A stretch of DNA of 64,000 nt from Lama guanicoe (lineage: Eukaryota). The translations under genes were made by a program, and so were the position numbers. The notes under the pieces are model-generated. The model made no database searches and had not been told where the DNA came from. It was given only the letters and a program-made list of their open reading frames with translations. Below, in pieces: positions 1 through 12,683 of this stretch; within the stretch, counting starts at the first letter, position 1, and each line of letters starts with the position of its first letter. The stretch lies in assembly GCA_013239625.1 (NCBI GenBank), contig MU055269.1, forward strand, positions 3,659,225 through 3,723,224. The letters run 5' to 3'.

Positions 1-1492
1 AGAGACACCCTCTTACCTAGCCGTGTACAGTAAGCAGCATTAGAAATGAAGATTACACGGGACCAGTTTCTTCTCTGCAGATTTCCCTGATGGGCCAGTA
101 ATAGTGTGTTCAGCTGTCAGCTCGGTGGTCCTGTAACCCAGACAGTCCCTGCATCTTTCCCTCCTTTGTCTTCTCCTTGGCCAGGGGTTTTGCAGACCAG
201 CCTTGTCCAGAACACCCTGCGTGTTCTGAGCAGGCCCGTCAGGCAGTCTGTCCCTTTCCAGTTTTTTGAGTGTAGGTTACTTGGTTAGGCCAGTGTCTGT
301 AGTGAAAAGTTCCTCTTGTAATTAAGTATCATGTGAGAGATACTTCATTGCTCAGTAGACACCTACCTTAACTCTCACCATACTGTGTAACATTTTTTGC
401 ATCTATTGATGGTTCCTGCTTGGACCTGCTGTTTTTATGAAGATTGTACAGTGGTGATGTTCGTGGTCTGGGGGCAGGTGGGCGCAGTGAGGCTGCATGC
501 ACACGATGGACATTAGTGCCCAGGTACCAGGTGACAGGTTGTGAGCGGAAGGGACAGAAAGGTGGGAAAGAAGAGGCCCTACTTAGAAGAGGGGGTGTTG
601 CCCCCGCCCCCGGCTTTGGGGGCCCATTTGGCAGCTCTGTCTGCCCATGACAGTCCACAAGCCTTGGATAAAAGTGAATGAGGAAGGAGGGACTTGTAAC
701 TATCTGTTCTCATGCACGAGGCCCTGACCAGAGGGCTGTTTGGACCTCAGAGAGCTCTCTGTCCTGTGGGGAATCACCCAGCAGGGCCACACTCACAGAC
801 ATTGGCATGCGGCCCAGGGCCCAGGAGGGGCTCAGCCGGGTCAGGGCAGGGCCACGACATGGGTCCCCGGGGCCCTGACCCATCAGGCGCTCTGATCACA
901 CAGCCTTCAGGTCCATGAGCTGAAAGTCCCCTTCGGAGACCACTGCCAGGCACCCAGGGTTTGATGTGGGCGTGCAAAGAAAATAGGAATTTCTGTGTTT
1001 GTAAATCTAGGAATATTACAGTAGTTCTATCAGAAAAATATAGGTTCATCATAGCCTTTTTCTAGACTGGGAAGAATATATGGGAAATTACAATTACTTA
1101 TTACTTGTTGTTGTTACACCAAACTGTTCCTTATTGTATTAACAGTTTCGGTTTTTTTAAGTTGTTTATCAGAAATGTAAGAGAATTGCGTATAAATATT
1201 TAATGTATTTTGAGACAGTTTTCATGTTATCGCTGAGTTTCCTCTCCTGACGGGACAGCCTTCGTTTTTTCAGTTGTCCTGTGTGTAGTTTTGTTCTGCT
1301 TTACACAAGAGAGACGTGCAGATGGAAAAGACCTTCGTTTTACACCCGGAGAAATGGGACCCTAGAGGGTGTTGTGACTTCTTGAAGTCTCGTGAGATCA
1401 GGTGTCCTCACCCCTCAGATGCTCTTTCTAGAGCAGTTTGATAAACTGAGAGTAAGTTCTTTCTAATGTGTGGTTTTTCATCCCGTTTCTAG

Positions 1493-1576
1493 GGCGGTTC
1501 TGGTGCGATTGGAAGGATGTAGCCACCCAGTTGTCATGAAGGGCTTGTGTGCTGAATGTGGCCAAGACCTGACCCA
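1493..1576 (+). CDS. CTDP1: CTDP1/FCP1 exon 2 (84 nt)
   Basis: tttctag|GGCGGTT...ACCCA|gtaagt. Translates AVLVRLEGCSHPVVMKGLCAECGQDLT, which I recognise as the FCP1 N-terminal Cys/His segment. Confidence 0.96.
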
Positions 1577-2222
1577 GTAAGTGCCAGCAGACCTCTGTGT
1601 TTGCGACAGAGTGAACTGTGGGTGCCAGGAGATGAGTGTTCGGGGTGCCTGGCATGGGAGCTAAGGAGTCCAACTCCGAGAGCAGCTGGCAGGCGCTCCC
1701 ATCCCTTCATCTGCCCATGCGAGGTCAGTCAGCTTCCTCAGGAGGTAGTCCTTTCTGGTTTTGTTTCTCGGAGTGCTGGAAACACGAAAGCACATCTGAT
1801 GCTCACTCCCAGTATGGTAGGAAACAGCTGGTGGGTTGAGATTTGCGTTCTCATCCCAGCCGAGCAAACTGCGTGTCCCTTCCTGGTGGGACTGGCCCTC
1901 CCTGAAGGCGGCCTGTACCTTCCCAGCCCCAGGCCCCCGCCACACACCCGGGCTGCTGCATTTATGCGCGTGGAGCAGTGTGGGCCTCTAGGTTTCAGTG
2001 TGCCTGTCACATTTTGTTTTCGAAGAGAACTTTGTGAGTGTGACTGTTAACTTTTCACCAGTTTTCCTGTCTGTTTTCAGACAGTGGAGGACCTTTCAGC
2101 AGTTGTCAACAGAGTGAAAGTTTGCACTGAACTAGCAGCGTGCCTCAGCTAGAGCATCCGCTGAGACTTCCAGGCGCTGATCAGCTGAGGGCGCCCTCTC
2201 AGCCGCCCCTCTCCCTCCGCAG

Positions 2223-2316
2223 GTTACAGAGTAAGAACGGCAGGCAGCAGGTGCCGCTGTCCACGGCCACCGTGTCGATGGTGCACAGTGTCCCGGAGCT
2301 GATGGTGAGCTCCGAG
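2223..2316 (+). CDS. CTDP1: CTDP1 exon 3 (94 nt)
   Basis: ccctccgcag|GTTACAG...TCCGAG|gtgagt. Translates LQSKNGRQQVPLSTATVSMVHSVPELMVSSE, in phase with exon 2. Confidence 0.96.
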
Positions 2317-3778
2317 GTGAGTGCGGCTCCCGAGCGCAGTGAGTGCACCTGCAGGCTCTCCCATGTGCGGAGTCACACTGCCCCAGGGACGGGTGGCCTG
2401 CCTGAGGGTGAAGGCTGTTCCCCAGGGGAGTCCACCCGCGGGAAGGTCCGCAGCTCCACTGCTTTGAGTCCGGAGCTATCAAGGAGCTGCAGCTGCAGCT
2501 GCATCCCGGGCTCGGAGGCCCCGGTGTGGGAGGGGCGTACCTCTGGATGCCACGGGAGCGCACTGTCAGGGGAGGGGCTTCGCTGGGACTCCTGCCCAGG
2601 AGCAGAGGCTGACCTCAAGCAGGGGGAAGCCAGGCCGAGCCGGAGGTGAGAGGTGTTGGGTCTGAGTGGCGCTGGCCGCATGGGCATGGGGTGGAGGGGA
2701 CGGCCCAGTGCCGGTCCCCACGGGTGATCCCTGAGCGTTCACATGCTGGCACACGCACGTGCACAAGCACTGATGAGAGGCCTGAAGAGGAGAAAGAGCT
2801 GCCTGAGGTCAGGCATCCCGGTGCCTGGGCCAGGTCTGGACGGTGAGTTGAGTGAGCGTCGCTGGGACCCGGCACCAGGCACATGCCCACCCCACGGGGC
2901 CCTGCAGAAACTCTCGTCTTAATTGTGAGGCAGTTTCAGAGCTGCACACTTTTGTGAGTGGGTAGGTAAATATCTTCTTCTCTGCGCTGTTAGGATTTTA
3001 TTAGATTAGTGCTTTTAAATTATATTTACCTACCTCATTTTTCCTGGGAAAGACAAAATGCTAGATCGATGATTCTGGGTTTCCTGAGTTACTGGAATTT
3101 AAACAAATACAAATATGTAGGTGTGTGTTTGAAACAAAACTGGGAAGTTTGGGGATAAAAAGAAGAAAAAGCGTCCCCCCGTTGCTCCTGCTGTAACAGA
3201 ATACCTGCTGGCCTTTCTGCATAACCCCTTCAGGAGCAGACGGTACACTCCCTCAGTCTGACCGGGCCAGGGCTGTTAACAGTGGTCAGTGAGGACCAGT
3301 CACGCTGAGAGATGATAAGATGCGCAGCCCCAAAGCGAGTGTCACCACCACCCTACCCTTTGGCTGATGCGAGGTGGGGCCAGGGCTCCTTCCCGGAGCA
3401 GAGCCCCACCTTGGCCTGTGGGTGACAGCCATGCTGCGCCGGCTCCGGACCCCGCGGGTCCCCTCCCAGGTGGCGCGGCTGGCCCGTTGTACCACTCACT
3501 TGCACTAAGCTGCTCCACGCATTCAGCTGAACCTGTGGACACAGTGCTTTCTTCTCACCCCTTCTCGTCACCGGTCCATGTAGTTCATTAAAGTCGAGCA
3601 CACGTCAGAGGGGCCCCCCATCCCCCGGGTGTGTGGACGCTCAGGGGGGCTTGGCTGGCGGGTGCAGGGGTGGCGAGGGACTTCTCAGCTCCCTCTCGTG
3701 TTTCCTGAGAAGACTGAATTTTGCGTTGGCTCCAGACATACTTACTCTGCCATTGCTCTTCGTCCTTTCTACCTGCAG

Positions 3779-3907
3779 CAGGCCGAGAAGCTCGGACGGG
3801 AGGACCAGCAGCGGCTGCATCGCAACAGGAAACTGGTGCTCATGGTGGACTTGGACCAGACCCTGATCCACACAACAGAGCAGCACTGCCCACAGATGTC
3901 CAACAAA
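3779..3907 (+). CDS. CTDP1: CTDP1 exon 4 (129 nt), containing the catalytic DxDxT motif
   Basis: QAEKLGREDQQRLHRNRKLVLMVDLDQTLIHTTEQHCPQMSNK. DLDQT (3848-3862) is the HAD-family FCPH signature. Boundaries cag|CAG...AAA|gtgagc. Confidence 0.97.
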
Positions 3908-5445
3908 GTGAGCGGTCCTCGGGCGGCTCCGGGGCAGGGGGTCAGGACAGCTCAGTAGCGGGACCTTCACCTGAAAGAGCTTGGTCATTTTTGGCTCAGT
4001 AAGTGATCGGGTGATGAGACAGGCGCACAGACCACGTCCTCACGGGAAGTCGCTGCTCTCGGGGCGCAGGTCCGAGGTGGAGGACGCTGAGTGCCTGGTG
4101 AGCGGCAAATGGCTTCTTTTGGCTGGAATTCAGTCATCTTTTCACATCGTGGGCACCCGTTCTTTTGTGTAACGGCAGCTGTGGGCAGACATCTCCAGGT
4201 TGCCTCGGGCACCACAGCCGCTGCGCTGACACCGGGCCAAGCAGAGCTGCAGGGCTGTGTGTAGCCCTGCGCCTGCGCCCGGGCAGCCCCGCCGCCCCCT
4301 GCCCAGGGCTTATCCTGCTTTTGAAGTCGGGCATTTTAATTCATTTTATAAAACAGTTTGAGCGAATCACAACATGCCTGTTCTCGATTTTTGAGGTCTG
4401 GAATGTGTCCTCACGGCCACATGGACAGTCCTTGGCTGCTGGTGGTGGCTTGACTTTGCCTCTGCCCACACCCTGCCTGCTGGCCGGGTTCCTCTGCCAA
4501 CTCAGGGACAACGTCCGTGACCCATGGCCACCCACCCGCCACAGTGCCTGAGTCTATGGGACACCTGTCAGTGACAGCTAGAAAGGCATATTTAATCTTT
4601 AACCTTGAAGATCCAAACTTGGGTTATTAAGGATATTTCTGCTGCAGCTTTTGGAGTTCTTAAGTACTGAGTACGGTGAAAGTTCACACAATTGAACTCC
4701 CAGAGGTTTTAACAGAACAGCCCCATCGTGAGGGGTGTGGGTAAGTCAGAGCCAGTAAAAAGGTAACTAGGCCTTGAGTTGTTTACTCTTCTTCTCTGAT
4801 TGTTTATCACTACTGAGATAATTAATGATGAGCAAGACTAGGAGCGTCAAAATTGACCTTCCTAGAAGAGTGACTTACTTGCATGCTAATCGTGTGTAGA
4901 CAGGCTGGGATTATTCATTTCATGGCTCCTCAAAATGGTTAAGAACGCTGGTTCAGCTTCCGAGTTGTGTCTGTGAGTGAGTGAAGCTGCATCTCATGTC
5001 TCGGAGTCAGACTGTTAGTGAGACTGTCACTGACCCCCTGACTGTCGGTAGGTCACTGGGGATCTGTTCCCAGCAACACAGCGGGACTCTCCTGCTGGAC
5101 ACATAGGACGTTTGGGGAAACAAAAACACGCATGGCCTCACTTAGGGTACTCGGTTTCAGCGCTGTCGGAGAAGGGTGGTCGGGACGTGTGACGCTGTGT
5201 CCGGGTACCAAGAGCCCTTGAGCAACGCCCGTGGCTCCTGGCCTGCAGATGGCTAGGGTGCCACAGCTGTCACAGGGAGCTGACTCCTGCAGGTAGTTGC
5301 CAGGGCTGCTCTGGGCGGTTCCGTGCTTGTCCCAGGTGTCCCCGGGGTGGTCCCTGCGGCAGAGGAGCCGAGCCGCTCATGGAGCGCGGGAAGGAGAGTG
5401 CGCCTGCCGCCCCGGCCCCGCCCTGACCCGGCCTCTCCTCTGCAG

Positions 5446-5596
5446 GGCATATTCCACTTCCAGCTGGGCCGGGGCGAGCCGATGCTGCACACCCGCCTGC
5501 GTCCACACTGCAAGGAGTTCCTGGAGAAGATCGCCCGGCTGTACGAGCTGCACGTCTTCACCTTCGGCAGCCGGCTGTACGCGCACACCATCGCGG
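5446..5596 (+). CDS. CTDP1: CTDP1 exon 5 (151 nt)
   Basis: ctctgcag|GGCATA...GCGG|gtgagg. Translates GIFHFQLGRGEPMLHTRLRPHCKEFLEKIARLYELHVFTFGSRLYAHTIA (FCPH domain). Confidence 0.97.
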
Positions 5597-7910
5597 GTGA
5601 GGCTGCTTGCTTGCCGCAGAGGTTCCTGAAATGGGAAGACCGAGAAGCGCTGCCAGGCTCGAGTCCAGCCTCTGGCTGGCTTGTGGGGGGCACCGTTGAG
5701 TCGATCGCGGCTGCCGGGGATGAGAGCGCCGCATCCTTGGTCACTGGGCGGGCGCCACCCACACTGCTGGGCTGCAGGCCACAGTCACTGGCCACTTTGG
5801 AAGTTGGTCAGGGCCACAGATATGTGGAAAAGTAGGAACTCTTAAGAGTCTTTAAAAATACATTTTTGTAACTGGTTTGGAAATGGCGCTGCAGCTACGT
5901 TGCCTGTGTTTGTCTGCAGGTAGCACTCCCGGTGTATACGAGGCCGTGTCCTCCTGGGAAGGGAGTGGTGTGGTGGTTGGGCCTGGGGCCTCGTGCTTCT
6001 GCACCGGCCATGCCTGTGCGTGTGTGCAGCAGTCCCTGGGCCGCCCTGGCTGGGGACAGCGGGCAGGTTGCTAGCTTCGCCCGCAGGGGCACAGCTAGGT
6101 CCAGCCCACAGGGGCCCGTCAGTGGACGTTGGGTACCTGCGTGATAGCGTGGTCACAGCTCCTTGGTGTTAGTTACAAGGAGGTTAAATTAAGTACTTTC
6201 AATTCAGACATCTTTACAGGTTGGTCTTGGTCTGTTGTTGTCTACAGGAAATAGGTTTTGAACCCCCTCTACTGTTTAGCGCCCTTGTAGGAAAGGTTCA
6301 TCACAGACACGGGAGCGTCGTGTAACTAAATTCAGCTCATTGGCCCAGCATGTGGCTGCTGTGCAGCCCCCAGGCACATAACTGGAGACGGACACAGTCC
6401 TTCCGGGACTCCTCGTGCAGTGAGTGCAGCACCCGCGTGGACGTGGCACCGGGAGCCCCTCGGGTGCACCCTCAGCTTCCCCTTGTGGCCTTCCACCCAG
6501 AGCCTGTCCTCTCTAGGGGTCAGAGAGGCCCATGGGACCCCAGCAGCGGGTCCCTGGGGAGGCCTCTCCCGTGCGCGCCAGCTCAGCCCACCCGCCTCCC
6601 AGGGGAATTCCCGCAGTCCCGCATGGGTCCAACAAGGACGTCATAGGGAAACTGTGGGCAGTGTCCCAGGAGGGGGGTGCGGACACCCTCCGGCAGCACC
6701 TTGTGGTGGGGATGACATTGAGACTGACAGTGCTCGCTCATGGACAGGACCTGGGAAGAAGCTCATGGCTCACGGGGTCGGGGTGGGGGCTGCTGAGAGC
6801 GGTGGGCTCCGAGGGTTTGGGGACTGAGCGTGTCCACACATGACCAGGGCACCTTTAGCTGGAAGGAGTCAGCTGGTCACCTGTGTCAGTGTGATTATTC
6901 ACAGGTGACAGCAAGAGGCCAGATGTTCATTCTGATGCCTGAGTGGCTTTTAACAGCGATGGTTTCTGCAGCTTTCTCTTTCCGTCAGCTTTTAATTGTG
7001 AAAGTCACTCCTTCCACAGAATGGCACCTTCACTGTAGCTAGGGTGGAAGTATGTCCATTGAGGCTTTGCTTGCTTTTCGTTGATTCATTGTAGAGACTT
7101 AATAATTCTGTTCATCAGCTTTCGGCTTAGCTGCTGAGAACCATCAGCGTCCATACAGGAGTGACAGCGTTCTTTCTGTGTTGGAAAGTAGTGTTACGTT
7201 TCTTCTGTAAGAGCGAGTTTTCTGTTAACGAGATACTGATGACTCAATGAAGGCAGGGATTGAGACACAGTGTCAGATTCACGGTGTCATCCGGCGTCAG
7301 GGATGAGGCGGGATCTGGGCGGCACAGGGAGGGTGGGCTGGAAGCCAGGCTGGAGAAGAGGGTGACTGGGGGGACAGGATGCACTTGGAGCTACGCAGGG
7401 CTTCCCTGTCTGGGTGAGAGGTCTGCAGCAGGCCCGGCTGTGGGTGGAGTCTGCAGGCGGGGTGCGAGGTTAGAGGTGCTGCCGCCCACTTTGTCCTGTG
7501 AACGATGAGGGCTCAGGAAGATTTTAGCCCCAGTCGGGACCGCCACTTCTCCCATGTCTGGGCCCCTCTCCGGTGCCCCAAGCACCCCGTGTGCGGGTGT
7601 TGAGGGGCATGCCTGGGTGTATTGCCCCGGAGGCCCTGAGCTTCCTGGGCATGAAGCTCATGCTCCCGCCTTCCAGCCTAGCGAGACCCCAGGGGGTGTG
7701 AAATGCAGCCAGCGTTGGCTGCACGGGTGGCCTGACGTGTGTTAAACTAAGAGTGGAAGGCGGGGAGTGGCCGGCTGTCCCGCCTGAGCGAGGAGGGCGC
7801 TGGCGCCAGTCCTGCTGCGGCGCTTCCCGCGTTCGGAACGGCCTCGCCACGTGCACAGTGGGACCTCGTGCATCCCACACACATGACCTCGTCCTGCTCT
7901 CCTTTCGTAG

Positions 7911-8001
7911 GGTTCTTGGATCCTGAGAAGAAGCTTTTTTCTCACCGAATATTATCGAGGGACGAATGTATTGACCCGTTTTCTAAAACAGGGAATCTGA
8001 G
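7911..8001 (+). CDS. CTDP1: CTDP1 exon 6 (91 nt)
   Basis: ctttcgtag|GGTTC...CTGAG|gtatgt. Translates GFLDPEKKLFSHRILSRDECIDPFSKTGNLR. Confidence 0.97.
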
Positions 8002-9580
8002 GTATGTACCTGGTTGGTGTGTTCCTTGCTGGGGCGCCCGTGCCGTCCCCGCTGACTGCACTTGGAGCGTCAGACAGCGGTTCTGCCTTGATTCTCCTGG
8101 TTCCCACTGTTGGTTTTCCGGCACTTAGCATGCCGGCTGTCTTCTCCCCAGACCCTCCCATCCCTGCGTCTCTATGGATGTCCAGGCACTGGCGGTTCTG
8201 GGGAACTTGGGGCCGGAGCCCAGGGCGACAGGGGTGGGGAGAGGCCCCGAGAGCAGTGGAGTCGTAGCAGTTGGAAGGGGGCGAGTGGAGGTGGTGGGAG
8301 AGGGACACCCAGGGCTCCCCGCGGGCAAGGCGGTGGCTTTGCCGGGTCAGGAGTCTCGAGGGGTTGCTGGCAGGGGTGTTGGCTTTAGACTCTCGTGTGC
8401 TGTTGTCCCTCAGGACGTGATACAGTCCTGAGTCCGACAGTGCCTGCTCCCACTCCTCCCCTCCCTGTCCTGGCCTTTGCTTTCACCACAGGGATGGCCA
8501 GGCATTGACAAAGGGCTGTTTTATATTTTGAGAATTTTTTGCTTCCCCTGTACAAAGAATTTCCCCACTTCTACCCAGAAAAGTAGCCCGCCCCATTACA
8601 CTACATCAGACACCACTTTTTGTGGGTGTTGTGGGGGGAGCAGGCTCCAGGGCCCTCGGGTGGTGCAGGTCTGGGCCGCTGGGTCTGCTCCCTGGGCTAG
8701 ATTTGGTGTGGTTTTTACCTCCCGCATCTGGAGTTAAGTGTGCCGGGTACTTGAGCTGCCTTTTGTGTTTCACCTGCCACGACGAAAACAGACTCAGGAA
8801 ATAACATTAACTTCGGACGCATGAACACTTTTTCTGGGCAGTCGCAGGCTTAATCGGCTGCTGGAGAACCTGAAGGGCGTCAGGCGCCCCTCCTGGGTTT
8901 GCTTTTCGACCCAGGAGGCAGGCACAGGGCTCGCACCCTCTGAAGTTTGGCTCTCGGCACCTCCCTCCGTGGGTCTCAGTCGTGGGCAGAAATCAAGTTA
9001 AAAGCCCACAGGGAGGTCCGCTTTTGTTAAGTGGCTTTTTGGACCCTCGCTCATATTTCTGCTCACCCCGTGCACCCTGACAGCTTCGGGGAGAACAGTA
9101 ATCCCTTTCTGGACTCGATGTCAGGTAGGTGCCCTGCAGGGAACGGTTGGGTATTCCAGACAGCTGAGATTCGAGTAAGGGCTCGCCCTCCCCCTGTGAC
9201 TGAGAGCTCTCCCCTGGCCGTGGGCTGGACACCTGTGTGTGTAGATGAAGTCGTGTTGGGGTGCGGCCAGCCCTACTGGTCCACACCAGCTTTCTGTGGA
9301 CGAGGGCTCCCGAGGCCCCTGAACAACCCCGTCCCTCTGGCCCTTTAGAGGAAGTGTTCTGACTCCCGCTTTGAGGGATCTCAGAAGCGAAGAAGCCTGT
9401 CTTAGTGTTGCTTTCTGCGGAAACTTGGAGATTTTACACGCGAGCTGAATGAAGGCTCTCAGTGTATCTGTTTCTAGGGAATTTGCTCTCCGGTGGTTTC
9501 ATATAAGAGACACTCTTAACTTCTGATTGAGGATTATTTTATAAACTGTGCTGGTAATTTTGATGGGTTCTTACTCCCAG

Positions 9581-9747
9581 AAATCTCTTCCCTTGTGGAG
9601 ACTCAATGGTTTGCATCATTGATGACCGAGAAGACGTCTGGAAGTTTGCCCCCAACCTGATCACTGTGAAGAAGTACGTGTACTTCCAGGGCACGGGGGA
9701 CGTCAACGCCCCGTCTGGGTCCCGGGAGCCTCAGGCCAGGAAGAGAG
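9581..9747 (+). CDS. CTDP1: CTDP1 exon 7 (167 nt)
   Basis: ctcccag|AAATCTC...AGAG|gtgggc. Translates NLFPCGDSMVCIIDDREDVWKFAPNLITVKKYVYFQGTGDVNAPSGSREPQARKR, including the conserved IIDD motif. Ends in phase 1. Not in the ORF track. Confidence 0.96.
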
Positions 9748-10644
9748 GTGGGCCACTCCGCCGGGGCGTCAGAGGATGAGTGTTTGCTCCTGTTTTTCTC
9801 CTCTCATCTCTGTCACGGCCACTGTAAATTCAGAATTCAGTTTGGTTTTATTTCTTTTTATTACTTTAGTTATACAGGTTGTTGGTTTATTTATTTACGC
9901 TGAAAAGCACGATATTATTTGGCTTCAGTTATTTTTTTCTGACAGTACTAACCTAAACGTTTTTTGAGTGAGTGAAGATTAAAGAATACAACTTAGTGCA
10001 TCTGAATACTGCCTTTCATTCCCAGCTTTCCTTGAAGGACAAACGTGACTCTGGGAATCTGGCCGCTGCACTGTGTGCAGAGAGCACACTGGTGTGAGGC
10101 TCTGGCACGCGGGAGGCCGACGCCGTGCCCTGGCCCGGAGCCAGCGGGGAGGCGTGCAGCTGCGCCTGCCAGGCAAGCCTGAACCTAAAATCTGGAGAAA
10201 ATTTAAAGTTTTGGTTTAAATGAAGTTTTTCTGATGATCTTTAGTTTTTAAATGAAATACTTCGAGGCATACGGTTATTGCTGCAGTCACTGAAATGACC
10301 CTGAGGTGCAGGCCAGGAGGGGTGGGACCCAAGAGCATCCCCACGGAGGATCAGGCTGGACAGCACGGCTTGTGGAGGCTGCCGTCCACAGGCCCGGCCT
10401 GACCGCGGCCTGGACACTAAGCATGCGGCATGTTTTGTGTCGTCGTGGAAACCAAAGCAGAGTGAGCGTGTGAGGTCCCCAGACCTGAGTGTTTTCTCTC
10501 CAGCTCCTCCCAGCAGAGGTTTGCCAACCCTGGGCCAGAGTGGGGTTCAAGCCCGCAGCCGTGGGAGGCAACCAGGTCTGCTTGAGCGGGAAGTCCCTGT
10601 TAGATGCTGAGTGACACACCTTTTTCTCTCGTGCACACGTGTAG

Positions 10645-11641
10645 TAAATCCTTCTTCTAAAAGGTGCCGACATCCCGGAACAGCCTCCATCCGTCAGGGA
10701 CCCCGAGGAAGGAAGGCAGGTGTCTGGGGTTGAGCAGAGCAACGGCCTCGGGAAACCAGCGAGGGAGCTAAACGGAGGTGCTGCTCCACGGGGGGGCTGG
10801 CCCTGGCCTGGGCAAGAGGAGGACAGGGGCGCCCGGCCCGCCGCCCGCACCCCTGGGGCCGATGGCAGGGGGCCCCCATCATGTGTACAGCAGCGGGGGC
10901 GGACACAGCCCGAGAAGCGGCCCGTGTGGGGCCCCACAGGCCCCGACCTGGAGCTGGACGTCCCCAGTGACAGCGGGAGCAGCAGTGAGTCTGAAGGCCG
11001 GCCGTCCCCCGCCGCCTCTGACTGCGAGAGCGGGGAGAAGAGGGCCCGGAAGACCAAGGCCCCCCGGGACGCCGGCAAGGGCGGCCCACCCGGCGCAGCG
11101 GCGGACAGGCCTGCGGGTGCCAACCACTGCGGGGAGCCCACGCCCGGTGCCCACCTGGACGGCCAGGAGGAGGGCGAGCGGGACGGCCTCTGCGGGCTGG
11201 GCAGCGGCTGTGCTGACAGGAAGGAGGCCGAGACGGAGTCGCAGAACAGCGAGCAGTCAGGCATCACGGTGGGTGAGTCCCTGGACCAGAGCGTGGAGGA
11301 GGAGGAGGAGGAGGAGGAGGACGCCGACGACGATGACCACCTGGTGCACCTGGAGGAGATCCTGGCCCGTGTGCACTCTGACTACTACGCCAAGTACGAC
11401 CGCTTCCTCCGCGGGGAGGCCCGGGAGCCCCCCGACATCCGGAAGATTGTGCCCGAGCTCAGGAGCAGGGTGCTGGCTGATGTCGCCATCATCTTCAGTG
11501 GGCTGCACCCCACAGACTTCCCGGTGGAGAAGACGCGGGAGCACTACCACGCCACGGCGCTCGGTGCGCGCATCCTCACCCAGCTGGTGCTGGACCCCGA
11601 CGCCCCCGACAGGGCCACCCACCTGATCGCGGCGCGGGCCG
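10645..11641 (+). CDS. CTDP1: CTDP1 exon 8 (acidic linker plus start of BRCT domain); 5' boundary is either 10645 with a +1 frameshift or 10664 in frame
   Basis: ORF 10720-11712 gives SNGLGKPARELNG...GQEEGERDGLCGLG...DHLVHLEEILARVHSDYY...VLADVAIIFSGLHPT...ATHLIAARA. Donor GCCG|gtgagt at 11641/11642. See the finding on the acceptor. Confidence 0.93.
11296..11319 (+). repeat. (GAG)8 coding triplet repeat (poly-Glu)
   Basis: Eight uninterrupted GAG codons in exon 8. Confidence 0.9.
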
Positions 11642-12683
11642 GTGAGTCGGGCCTTCCCTGGTGGGAGTGGGGTCCTGGTGCAGCCTCTCCCTGGGGACAG
11701 CCCCAGCTCTGACTCGGCGGCTGTCCCCGCGTGTGGCCCCGTGCCGCGTGTGAAATGAGCAGGTTGTACCTGGGTCGGGGTGGAGCTGGGGCCCCAGCGC
11801 GTCTGCCCAGCCGCTGTGTGGTCACACGTGTCGAGGTTGAACAGGGGAGGCGCAGATTGGTCAGGACCCATGTGCACCCCGGTTGAATATAGGTGGTGAG
11901 TGAGGGTTACGGCGGAGCTTCCCTCAGGTGCTCAGGCACTGCTGGTCTCAGCCGAGCGGACGGCCCCTCAGTGATTGGCGCACCGTGAAGGCATGCTCAC
12001 GCCCTTTTCCTTTAAAGAAAGTCAGAAGAACCTCATTACTTCCTTGAAGCAGTTTGGTGTTTTCCAAAAAAAGCCTGCTGCAGGCCGGCCTCTCTGGTCA
12101 TTGCCCCTCCCTCATCTGCAGCCGCTGAGTCAGGGCTTCTGAACACCTGCCCCCAACAGAGCATGATCTGCAAGGTCCTCTGTGAACTCGCGGGTGGGAC
12201 AGGCCCTCCCCGATGGTGGAGGAGACCTTCCCGGGACATCAGGTGCTGTTGTGTGTCTGCCCCGCCTGCATCCAGAGTGGTCTGTTACTGTTCTGGGAGA
12301 TGGTGGGAGACGGCGGGCTCCAGGGGTGGAGAAATGAGGGGTCCCAGCAGAGGGGGACTAGGGTTGTGACCTTAAACGGCCAGCGGAGGAGCTGAGACTC
12401 CGTGTAGCAAGGAGAGGGGCTTGCAGCGGCTTCCTGATTGGGGCAGTGGAGCAGGACTTGGGGACGTGGTACTGTGTTCTCGGGAAGAGAGCGAGCTGCA
12501 GGCTCTGCAGTGGACACTGAGAGAGGTGGTACCAGCGGAGGCTTGAGACCCTTCCTGAGCCATCATGAAACGGTGTCCCTGCAAACCTGGCCTACCGCCC
12601 TGCTGTGAGGTCACCCCTCCGGGACCCCAGCCTGCGCACCTTGCCCTGACGGCAGCACTGCACTGACGGGTGTTTGCTTGCAG

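Noticed and set aside
10287-11267. 326-aa minus-strand ORF and the 282-aa alternative-frame ORF at 10778-11626
   Set aside because: Shadows of the GC-rich CTDP1 exon 8; low-complexity Pro/Arg/Ser/Gly translation with no recognisable domain.
10645-11641. CTDP1 as a pseudogene because of the exon-8 frameshift
   Set aside because: All other exons, splice sites and catalytic motifs are intact, and an in-frame acceptor or a single homopolymer error explains the shift.
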